64,000 nt of DNA. Origin: an uncultured Planctomycetota bacterium. GTDB taxonomy: Bacteria; Planctomycetota; Planctomycetia; Isosphaerales; Isosphaeraceae. The translations under genes and the position numbers were made by a program. The DNA lies in NCBI GenBank assembly GCA_963845755.1, contig CAWJTV010000039.1:224001-288000 (forward strand). The letters are read 5' to 3'. Positions 46,002 to 54,892 of this stretch are shown here, in pieces (the stretch's first letter is position 1; every line of letters begins with the position of its first letter). Below the pieces are notes generated by a model that saw nothing but the letters and a program-made list of their open reading frames with translations, searched no databases and was not told the DNA's origin.

Positions 46002-46961
46002 GTGATTTCCATGATCCGAAAGTATCGTCGCGAGCTGTCGGTGGCGGCGGCCTATACCGGCTTGCTCCTGGTCCTGGCGCTGGCCACGTGGAACAGGCCG
46101 GGGCCCGGCTTCTTCCACATCGACCAGATCCGTCCTTTGGTGGTGACCAATGCCTCGGTCCTGGTGACGGCGGTGGGAATGACGCTGGTGATCCTCTGCC
46201 GGCACATCGACATCTCGGTCGGCTCGATCTTCAGCATCTGCGCGGTCGTTGCCGGCCTCCTGTCGCGATCGGGGCTTCCGATCGTGCTGGTCGGCCTGGC
46301 GACGATCCTGGCCGGGGGCGGCATGGGGGCGATCAATGGGACGCTGGTGGCACGACTGGGACTGCCGTCGATCGTGGTGACCCTGGCCACGCTGACAATC
46401 GGCCGGGAGTCCCTGCGCTATGCCCTCGAGGGGCAGTTCATCGGCAACCTGCCGCCGTCGTTCCAGTGGTTCGGCGCAGGGCAGGCCGTCGGCCAGTGGG
46501 TGGTCGTGGGCATCGCGCTCCTGGTCTTCGCCGCGTTCGCCTGGGGCCTGAGGCACCTCGCGGCGGGGCGGGCCGTCTATGCGACCGGGTCGGACCTCGA
46601 AGCCGCACGGCTGGCCGGCATCCGCCATCAACGCGTCGTCTTCCTGGTCTTCGTCGTCATGGGCGGCCTGGCCGGCCTGGCCTCCTTGCTCAACGCCGCC
46701 CGCTTCCCGGCCGTGGATCCCAACGCCGGCACCGGCCTCGAGCTCCAGGTCATCGCCGCCGTCGTCGTGGGGGGCGTCGCCATCTCCGGCGGTCGTGGGA
46801 CCCTCTGGGGCACCCTGATCGGTGTCGCCCTGCTCGGCTCGATCGGGCCCGCCCTGGTCTTCCTCCACGCCAAACCCCAGTGGGAGAAGGCCATCCAGGG
46901 ACTAATCATCCTCCTTGCCGTCGCCTCGGATGCTTTCTATCGTGGGGATCGTGCGCAGTAG
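46002..46961 (+). CDS. Sugar ABC transporter permease (BPD_transp_2)
   Basis: GMTLVIL..HIDISVGS, LPSIVVTLAT, GRAVYATG, LELQVIAAVVVGG. Confidence 0.92.
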   Translation: MISMIRKYRRELSVAAAYTGLLLVLALATWNRPGPGFFHIDQIRPLVVTNASVLVTAVGMTLVILCRHIDISVGSIFSICAVVAGLLSRSGLPIVLVGLATILAGGGMGAINGTLVARLGLPSIVVTLATLTIGRESLRYALEGQFIGNLPPSFQWFGAGQAVGQWVVVGIALLVFAAFAWGLRHLAAGRAVYATGSDLEAARLAGIRHQRVVFLVFVVMGGLAGLASLLNAARFPAVDPNAGTGLELQVIAAVVVGGVAISGGRGTLWGTLIGVALLGSIGPALVFLHAKPQWEKAIQGLIILLAVASDAFYRGDRAQ

Positions 46962-47075
46962 GCAGTAGGCAGTAGGTAGTAGGCAGTAGGCGGCAGGCAG
47001 TGAAGATCGAGCGGCCACGACCAGGTTGACATGATGCTGCCTATCGCTTACTGCCCACTACCTACTACCTACTGC
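46955..47075. repeat. Inverted heptamer tandem arrays (gcagtag)n / (ctactRc)n
   Basis: About 6 copies at 46955-47001 and a degenerate reverse-complement array at 47035-47075. Confidence 0.8.
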
Positions 47076-47083
47076 TGGGAGGA

Positions 47084-48229
47084 ATGTACGTGACGACCGC
47101 CGCGATCGAGTTCGACGAGCCTCGCGCGAAATTCGAGCCCGCGCTGGCGATCCTGGCGGCGATCCTGGTCGTCGAGGTCGGGGTCTTCTCGGTGATCGGC
47201 ACGAATTTCCTCACGATGGCCAACGCTTTCGAGGTGCTGCGGCTGAGCGTCGAGATCGGCCTGCTGTCCGTGGCGCTGACGCCGGTGATCACCAGTGGGG
47301 GGATCGATCTCTCGGTCGGTTCGCTGATGGGGCTCTCGGCGGTGGTCTTCGGCGAGCTCTCGCGCGACCGGGGGTTCCCGATCGGGCTGGCGGCGGCGGC
47401 GACGCTGGTCGTGGGTGCGCTGGCGGGTGGCTTGAATGGTTTGTTGATCACGCGCGGGCGGATCCCGGCCTTGATCGTGACCCTCGGATCGTTCTCGTTG
47501 TTCCGCGGCCTGGCCGAGGGGTTGACCGAGGGCGTGGACAACTACACGAATTTCCCGGATTCGTTCCTGTTTCTGGGTCAAGGGTATTCGCTGGGCGGGG
47601 TCCCGACCCAACTCCCGATCTTCGTGGCGGTGGCGGCGGCGTTCTGGGTCTTGCTGCACCGGAGCACGATCGGCCGCGGCCTGGTGGCGATCGGCTTCTC
47701 GCCCGAGGGTGCCCGGTATGCGGGATTGCCGGTCAACCGGCTGGTCGGGCTGGTCTATGTGTTGTCGGGCCTGGTCGCGAGCCTGGCGGCGGTGATCTAC
47801 GTGTCCCACCTGGGTCAGGCGAAGGCCGACGCCGGCACCGGCTACGAGCTGGCGGCGATCACGGCGGTCGTGCTGGGGGGCACGTCGATCTTCGGCGGCC
47901 GGGGGAGTGTGCCGGGGACCTTGCTGGGACTCATGACGATCTCGGTGCTTCGCAACGGCCTGCTCCTGGCCGATCTCCCCGGGGAGCTGGCCGGTGTCTT
48001 GACGGGGACGTTGCTCCTGGTGGCGATCGGGCTGGACCATCACGGCAGGCGATCGCGCGCCCGCATCGTCGCGCGATCCGATCTATCTTCGGAGGTGATG
48101 ACTGTGAAGAATTCGCAAGTCGCCGTGATCTGTGGCGCGATCCTGGCCGGTGCCTTGATCAACGCCCTGGGCAACTTTCTCCTGGTCCGATCGCTCGTAC
48201 ACCGGGATGCGACGACCGGACCGGGTTGA
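47084..48229 (+). CDS. Sugar ABC permease, reading in frame into the substrate-binding protein leader
   Basis: GGIDLSVGS, IPALIVTLG, GYELAAITAVVLGG, then a C-terminal extension MTVKNSQVAVI... ending at TGA 48227-48229. Confidence 0.88.
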   Translation: MYVTTAAIEFDEPRAKFEPALAILAAILVVEVGVFSVIGTNFLTMANAFEVLRLSVEIGLLSVALTPVITSGGIDLSVGSLMGLSAVVFGELSRDRGFPIGLAAAATLVVGALAGGLNGLLITRGRIPALIVTLGSFSLFRGLAEGLTEGVDNYTNFPDSFLFLGQGYSLGGVPTQLPIFVAVAAAFWVLLHRSTIGRGLVAIGFSPEGARYAGLPVNRLVGLVYVLSGLVASLAAVIYVSHLGQAKADAGTGYELAAITAVVLGGTSIFGGRGSVPGTLLGLMTISVLRNGLLLADLPGELAGVLTGTLLLVAIGLDHHGRRSRARIVARSDLSSEVMTVKNSQVAVICGAILAGALINALGNFLLVRSLVHRDATTGPG

Positions 48230-49188
48230 CCGGGCCCGGGCGTTGCGGGCGTCGAGTCCGAGGGTGGCCCGGTCCCAACTCGTGCCCCGCTGACGCTCGC
48301 CATGATGCCCAAGAGCAAGGGGAACGCCTATTTCGTGGCCTGTCGCAAGGGGGCGGAGGAGGCCGCGGCCCAGCTCGGGGTCAAGCTTATCTGGGACGGA
48401 CCGACCGACCCGGATCCGGCCCGGCAGAACGAGATCATCGACACCTGGATCACCCGCGGGGTGGACGTCATCGCGGTGGCCGTCGAGAACCGGCAGGGGA
48501 TCTCCTCGGTGCTGCGCAAGGCGCGCGAGCGGGGGATCAAGGTCCTCACCTGGGACGCCGACGCCGAGCCCGACTCCCGCGACTTCTTCGTCAACCAGGC
48601 CACGCCCGAGGGGATCGGCCGGACGCTCATGGATAACGCCGCGCGCGTCCTCGGCGGCAAAGGCGAGTTCGCCATCATCACCGCCTCGCTGACCGCGGCC
48701 AACATGATCGAGTGGCAGAAGTGCATCGAGGCGCGCCGGAAGGAGAAATACCCGCAGATCCGGATGGCCGCCCTGCGGCCCTGCGACGACCTCCAGAAGA
48801 AGGCGTTCGACGAGGCCAACACGGTCATGAGCGCCGAACCCGGCGTCAAGCTGTTCATGGCCATCTGCACGCCGGCCGTCCCCGGCTCGGCCGAGGCGGT
48901 CAAGCAGTCCGGCGCAAGGATGTCAAGGTCATCGGCCTGGGCTTGCCCAACGATAATCGCAGTTATGTTCACGAAGGCATCACCGACTGCGTCGTCTTGT
49001 GGAACACCATGGACCTCGGCTATCTGACCGTCCAGGCCGCCCGCGCCCTCCAGGATGGCGGGCTGCACCGCGGCGATACCCGCCTCAAGGCCGGCCGGCT
49101 CGGCTCGGTCGAGATCCAGGGCGACAATATTTTGCTCGGCCAGCCATTCCTGTTCACCAAGGAGAATATTGACAAATTTGACTTCTGA
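48098..49188 (+). CDS. Rhamnose/LsrB-like sugar substrate-binding protein (in-frame TGA at 48227; frameshift near 48912)
   Basis: MMPKSKGNAYF, IWDGPTD, VLTWDAD, FFVNQAT, VLWNTMDLGYL, FTKENIDKFDF. GGAGG upstream of ATG 48098. Confidence 0.82.
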
Positions 49189-49696
49189 CGATTCCGACGG
49201 CTCCGGGCACATGAGCTGACGCAACCCCGGCCTGCCGGGGAAGGTGAGCCTGCCGAATTGCTCGATCGAGACCCCGCCGCCCTGAAGGAGCGGACGCAAC
49301 ATTTCCAGTTCATCCATCCGTGTGCAAAGATCGTAACGATCGCCTCGTCGCTGTCCAGGATGTCCGGCCGAATTCGGAACGGGACCTTATCATTCGGAGT
49401 CAGTCCTTGCGATGGGCGGTCTGTACGCCCGGATCGTCCATTGCCGCGAATGCGGTACCACGTTCTGCCGCGCCGCACATCCTAAATCCACAGGGAGTCG
49501 GTGCCAGCCGGCCACACGTGCCATTCTCGCGACGAGCACGGCGTCCTGCAAGGTAAGTCAGAGCTTCGCGATCGGTCCCCGGATCCCGAGCGGGATCGGC
49601 CACGCCTGCCACCCCAATGATGATTGATCGGAACTCCAGCGGTAAACTGGGGTGAAGTTCCGCGTTTCCGCGGTCCAAGGACCAGGAGAATTCATC

Positions 49697-52600
49697 ATGC
49701 TCGTCGTACTTCGATCGGTCGTTCCGGGAGTGGCCATGCTCGGGCTTGTCTGGGCGGCATCCGCCCTGACGGCGCCGGCCCGCGCGGAGCAGGGGGGAGC
49801 CCCCGCGCCGGCGGGGGCCGGCGGCCTGACCCCGAGTTACCTGCGCACGGAATACCGCACCGATCCCCTGGGCCTGGACGTCAAGTCGCCGCGCCTGAGC
49901 TGGATCGTCGAATCGTCGGGCCGCGGACAGTTGCAGACCGCCTATCAGGTACTGGTCGCCGGAGATGTCGAGACCCTGGGCCGCGACCAGGGAGACCTCT
50001 GGGAGAGCGGCCGGGTCGAGAGCGATGCGACCGCGGCGATCGTCTATGCCGGCAAGGCGCTCCGGTCGCACCAGCCGTGCTTCTGGAAGGTCCGGGTCTG
50101 GGACAAGGACGGCCGACCCTCGGCCTGGAGCCAGCCCGCGAACTGGACCATGGGACTGCTCGAGCCGTCGGATTGGGCCAAGGCGGAGTGGATCGGCTAT
50201 GACAAGTCCCGGCAGGTCGAGCTGCCGGACGCCCCGCTCGACGGGGCCAAGTGGATCTGGCATGCCGGCGACAAGGGCGCCAGCAAGCCCCAGGGCCATC
50301 GCCTGTTCGTCACGACCTCGCGGTTGCCCGATGCGGCCAAGTTCGAGAAGGCCGAGCTGGTCGCGACCGCCGACGACTTCTTCCGGTTCACGATCAATGG
50401 CCATCTCGTCATCGACGGCCAGCCCGGTACGGGGGGTTGGGACCACCCGAAGTCCGCCGACGTTACCGCTCAGCTCAAGCCCGGGGCGGAGAACTCGATC
50501 CGCGTCGAGGTCAATAACGCCGCGGTAAGCCCGGCGGGCCTGCTCGCCAAGCTGACCGTCTCGATGGCCGGCGGCAAGACCATCACGCTGGTGACCGACG
50601 GAAGCTGGAAGACCACCGACAACCCCGGCGCCAACTGGCACGACCGGCCGCTCGACACGCAGAGCTGGCCGGCGGCCGAGGTTCTCGGTGACTACGGCAT
50701 GGCGCCGTGGGGCAAGCTCAAGTTCGCCCATTTGATCCTTCCACCGCCGTCGTATCTTCGCACGAGCTTCCACGTCGCGAAGCCGATTCGACGCGCGACC
50801 TTGTATGCCACGGCGCTGGGGATCTTCGACGTCCATCTGAACGGCCGACGCGTCAGCGACGACGCGTTCAACCCCGGCTGGACGGATTACACCCGGCGCG
50901 TCTATTACCGCGCCCATGACGTGACGAAACTGATGCGCGACGGCGAGAACGCCCTGGGTGCGATCCTCGCCGACGGCTGGTACAGCGGCTATGTCGGCTT
51001 CGGCAAAAAGCGCGATCATTATGGGACCAAGCCGAGGTTCCGCACGCTCTTGCACCTCGAGCTGGCCGATGGGACGACCGCCGATATCGTGACGGGACCC
51101 ACATGGAAGGCGTCGACCGGCCCGATCCTCGAGGCCGACTTCCTCATGGGCGAGACCTACGACGTGCGCAAGGTGTTGACCGGCTGGGACGCGCCGAGAT
51201 TCGTCGACGACGGATGGGGCACGGTCGATCGCGGTGCCGAGGTCCAGCCGGTCATCCAGTGGCATCCCGGCCCGCCGGTGCGTGCGTTTGCCGAGCTCAA
51301 GCCGAAGTCGATCGCCGAGCCCAAACCCGGTACGTTCGTCTTCGACCTGGGACAGAACTTCGCGGGAATCGCCCGGCTCAAGGCCGACGGCGAATCCGGC
51401 CGGGCGATCACGCTACGGTTCGCCGAGCGGCTCAACCCGGACGGGACCATCTACACGACCAACCTCCGCGAGGCTCGCGTCACGGATACCTATATCTGCA
51501 ATGGCCAAGGGGAAGAGACGTGGGAGCCTCGGTTCACCTTCCACGGGTTCCAGTACCTGGAGGTGACCGGGCTGAAGTCTCGGCCGACGGCGGAGACGAT
51601 CACGGGGATTGCCCTGTCGAGCGACACGCCCGTGGTGGGCTCGTTCGCCTGTTCCGACGCGATGCTGAATCAGCTCTTCCGCAACATCTACTGGACGCAG
51701 CGGGCGAACTTCATCGACATCCCGACGGACTGTCCCCAGCGCGACGAGCGACTGGGCTGGACCGGGGACGCGCAGGTCTACATCGGCACGGCGGCCCTGA
51801 TCTGCGACGTCCAGGCGTTCTTCACCAAGTGGCTGGTGGACCTGACCGACGGCCAGCGCACCGACGGCCAGTTCCCGATGGTCGCGCCGGTGAAGGTGGC
51901 CGGCGACGACGGCGGCCCCGCCTGGGCCGACGCCGGGGTCATCTGTCCCTGGACAATCTTCCAGGTCTACGGCGACCGCCGGCTGCTGGAGCGGCAGTAT
52001 CCCGCGATGGTCAAGTTCGTCGAGTTCTGCCGCAAGCGGAGCACGCCCGAGATGCTGCCGCCCCGGCAATTCCACTGCTTCGGCGACTGGCTGAGCATCA
52101 ACGCCGACACGCCCAAGGACGTCATCTACACCGCTTACTTCGCCCACAGCACCCTGCTGACGGCCCACGCCGCCGCCGCGCTGGGGAAGACGGACGACGC
52201 GGTCAAGTACTGGGAACTGTTTCACAAGATCAAGTCGGCATTTATCCGGACTTATGTCGGCCCCGACGGCCGGATCAAGGGGAACACGCAGGCCAGCTAC
52301 GTCCTGGCGATCGCCATGGACCTGGTCACTCCCCGGGACATCAAGCCGGTCTTGCCCGACCCGTCCGACGGCAAGAACTTCGAGCACGTGGCACAATACC
52401 TCGTCGAGGACATCGAGAAGCGCGGCAATCACCTCTCGACCGGCTTCATCGGCACGAAATCGCTGATGCATGCGCTCTCGATGACCGGCCGCCAGGACGT
52501 GGCGTTCCGCCTGCTGCACAACGATACGTTCCCTTCCTGGGGCTTCTCGATCAAGCAGGGGGCGACCAGCATCTGGGAGCGCTGGGACGGCTGGACGCCC

Positions 52601-53071
52601 GAGAAGGGCTTCCAGGATCCCGGGATGAACTCGTTCGCCCATTATTCGTTCGGTGCCGTCTATCAATGGATGGTCGAGAACATCGGCGGGATCAAGAACG
52701 GTTACACGACAGACGAGGGCCGAACCTATATTGACAACTACAAACAGATCCTGATCGCACCCCATCTCGACCCGAAGTTGAGCTGGGCGACGACCTCGTA
52801 CAAGAGCATCCGCGGCACGATCGCGACCACCTGGAAGCGGGACGGCGACCGTCTCGAACTCGAGCTGACGGTCCCGGCCAACACGACGGCGATCGTGTGG
52901 CTGCCGACGGCCAACGCCCAGGGCATCACCGAGAGCGGCCGCCCTCTGGCCGAGGCCGAGGGTGTGAAAGGCCCGATGCTGTCCCATCAGGATCATCCCG
53001 GTCTTGATGGCGATCGCGTCATGCTGACGGTCGGCTCGGGGACGTACCGGTTCAGCATGTCGCGAAAGTGA
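49697..53071 (+). CDS. Alpha-L-rhamnosidase (GH78), secreted
   Basis: Signal peptide, PRLSW, DLWESG, FNPGWTDY, DLGQN, FTFHGFQY, PTDCPQRDERLGWTGD, ATSIWERWD, MNSFAHY. Confidence 0.95.
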   Translation: MLVVLRSVVPGVAMLGLVWAASALTAPARAEQGGAPAPAGAGGLTPSYLRTEYRTDPLGLDVKSPRLSWIVESSGRGQLQTAYQVLVAGDVETLGRDQGDLWESGRVESDATAAIVYAGKALRSHQPCFWKVRVWDKDGRPSAWSQPANWTMGLLEPSDWAKAEWIGYDKSRQVELPDAPLDGAKWIWHAGDKGASKPQGHRLFVTTSRLPDAAKFEKAELVATADDFFRFTINGHLVIDGQPGTGGWDHPKSADVTAQLKPGAENSIRVEVNNAAVSPAGLLAKLTVSMAGGKTITLVTDGSWKTTDNPGANWHDRPLDTQSWPAAEVLGDYGMAPWGKLKFAHLILPPPSYLRTSFHVAKPIRRATLYATALGIFDVHLNGRRVSDDAFNPGWTDYTRRVYYRAHDVTKLMRDGENALGAILADGWYSGYVGFGKKRDHYGTKPRFRTLLHLELADGTTADIVTGPTWKASTGPILEADFLMGETYDVRKVLTGWDAPRFVDDGWGTVDRGAEVQPVIQWHPGPPVRAFAELKPKSIAEPKPGTFVFDLGQNFAGIARLKADGESGRAITLRFAERLNPDGTIYTTNLREARVTDTYICNGQGEETWEPRFTFHGFQYLEVTGLKSRPTAETITGIALSSDTPVVGSFACSDAMLNQLFRNIYWTQRANFIDIPTDCPQRDERLGWTGDAQVYIGTAALICDVQAFFTKWLVDLTDGQRTDGQFPMVAPVKVAGDDGGPAWADAGVICPWTIFQVYGDRRLLERQYPAMVKFVEFCRKRSTPEMLPPRQFHCFGDWLSINADTPKDVIYTAYFAHSTLLTAHAAAALGKTDDAVKYWELFHKIKSAFIRTYVGPDGRIKGNTQASYVLAIAMDLVTPRDIKPVLPDPSDGKNFEHVAQYLVEDIEKRGNHLSTGFIGTKSLMHALSMTGRQDVAFRLLHNDTFPSWGFSIKQGATSIWERWDGWTPEKGFQDPGMNSFAHYSFGAVYQWMVENIGGIKNGYTTDEGRTYIDNYKQILIAPHLDPKLSWATTSYKSIRGTIATTWKRDGDRLELELTVPANTTAIVWLPTANAQGITESGRPLAEAEGVKGPMLSHQDHPGLDGDRVMLTVGSGTYRFSMSRK

Positions 53072-53138
53072 GAGGAGCCTCACGCCGAGCACTCCCGGAG
53101 ACCCTCGGCAGACGAAGTCTGAGCGATCGCCGATGGCC

Positions 53139-53943
53139 TCACTCCCCATCCTGGGGCGGTATCGGCTCTCGCACCCAGGCAGCATTTGCGTCTTGCCTGA
53201 ATGCCTTCCACCCTTCGGGGAGATCGGCCAGCCCGGCAAGGCTGGGATCGCGGTCGACCATCTCGCCGAGACAGACGGTGAGACCATCTTCCGGCAGATT
53301 GGTGCTACCACAGAGGAACTGCCAGTCTCCATCCGCATCGTGGCTGACGAGGGAGATCGGATGATTCTCGTGGATGACCGGCTTGGTCGTGAACGCGGCC
53401 CGATTCTTGCCCTCGTGGAACGGCCATGAGCGATCGTCGGAGAGCACCGGCTGGAGTTCTTCGAGGCCCGCGACGAACTGGGGATGCCACGGATATCGGC
53501 CTCCCGCATCCGGCCAGACGCACTGGAGGACGGGGAACTCGTCGCCCTGGTAGAACCAGCGCAAAGCCGAAATGGTCCCGGTAGTGCTTTCGCTCCACCT
53601 TGCGGAAGCAGACGGCATAACCTTCCAGGATGATACTGGACTCGTGCCAATCTTCGAATCGGTTGCCATCCTTGATCTGCTGGCCGATCTCGGTGACGAT
53701 CGCGAACATCACCTTCACGTCCAGGCCGAAGACGATGACCTCGGGATGGCCGAAGGAATGGTACAGGCCGATGGTGTAGCCGAACTGCGGATACTCCTCG
53801 CCGGCACCCACCCCAAGGACGTGCCAGCCGTACTCCCGGACGTCGGCCAGCAGCTTCCGCTCGGGGTCGTCTTGGGGGATCGGCAAGGCGCGGTCATGTC
53901 TTCTCGAGGCATTTCCGGTCGGAACGCTGGGATTCTTCGTCAC
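53139..53943 (-). CDS. DUF4262-like protein with a DUF2185/Imm33-like C-terminus (frameshift near 53561)
   Basis: VREYGWHV, FGYTIGL..FGHPEVIVFGL, LQCVWPD..GRYPW, then VSHDADGDWQFL..DPSL..LADLPEGW. Confidence 0.72.
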
Positions 53944-54773
53944 GGTTCTTGTTCCTCCGATTCTGCCGGGAACAGCGGCTGCTGGAAGATGAACCGCCAG
54001 TTCTCCAGGATCTGCGGACGAAGCTTGGGATCATCAAGGAAGGCTTTGCCGTCGGTGAGTAGCCGGTGCCGGGCAGTTTCCCGGTCCAGCGCGAGAGCCA
54101 GGACGCGCAGGTCGCTCTGGTGCTTCTCCTTCTTGCTAGACAGCTTGCTGACGAAGATGTCGTATTCATCAACGACATAGACGCGGAGTCCGCCGAAGTC
54201 GCCAAGCCATTGCCGCCGATCTTGCCAGCGAGCGGGGAGATAGTGGGACTGGACATGGGTTAGCTTCAGACCGAATTCGGTCTCGATCTTGTGTAAGACG
54301 TCCTGCTGACGGCGGATTTCCTCGGGAACCTCGTTGACCAGGTCGATATCAATGGTCGGCCGGGCCGTCAATCCTTTGATTAGGGTGGGGATCGAGCCGG
54401 CGATGTGGACTTCGATTCGGCCCTGAATCCCACGGCCAAGCATATCGAAGATCTGGCCGAGCTGGGTCGAGTCGATGCGGTTCACGAGTCGTCTCCCGAT
54501 TGTGGAGAAGCCCGGCTCTCCGAGGTCTTCGTCCAGGATCTGGCGGATGCGCGGGCCGACGGGGCTCGCCTGAAGCCATTGCGAGAATTTCCGGGATCCC
54601 CAGTACGAGCGCATCGCCACCGCGGCGTCACGGACCAGGAGTCGGGTGCGGAAGTCGGGGCTGCCGTCGCGCTGGAGGTCCTGCTCGATGGCCGCGGCCA
54701 GGGTCCGGCTGTCGATATAGGGCTGGCCCCATACGAGCCGCCAGGGGTCGAGGTTGGGCAGAGATTGACTCAT
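53940..54773 (-). CDS. DUF6036-like nucleotidyltransferase-fold protein
   Basis: IAGS...RPTIDIDL (G-S and DxD motifs), YLPARW.DR, DIFVSKL. 4-bp overlap with the downstream gene. Confidence 0.68.
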   Translation of the reverse strand: MSQSLPNLDPWRLVWGQPYIDSRTLAAAIEQDLQRDGSPDFRTRLLVRDAAVAMRSYWGSRKFSQWLQASPVGPRIRQILDEDLGEPGFSTIGRRLVNRIDSTQLGQIFDMLGRGIQGRIEVHIAGSIPTLIKGLTARPTIDIDLVNEVPEEIRRQQDVLHKIETEFGLKLTHVQSHYLPARWQDRRQWLGDFGGLRVYVVDEYDIFVSKLSSKKEKHQSDLRVLALALDRETARHRLLTDGKAFLDDPKLRPQILENWRFIFQQPLFPAESEEQEP

Positions 54774-54892
54774 CGAAGCAGACTCCGGATCCGGTCGAAG
54801 CCGGCCCGAGATTGCGAGAGATCGTCACGCCGGGCAGAATGGCCGATGCGGGGCGTGTTTCCCTCTTCGGATTCCTCGATGGCGATTGTACC

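Noticed and set aside
48227..48229. Selenocysteine codon
   Set aside because: It lies in a low-complexity linker rather than a catalytic Cys position, and I see no convincing SECIS.
50230..50720. Extra domain in GH78 as a novel fusion
   Set aside because: A carbohydrate-binding-like beta-sandwich insert is common in large GH78 enzymes.
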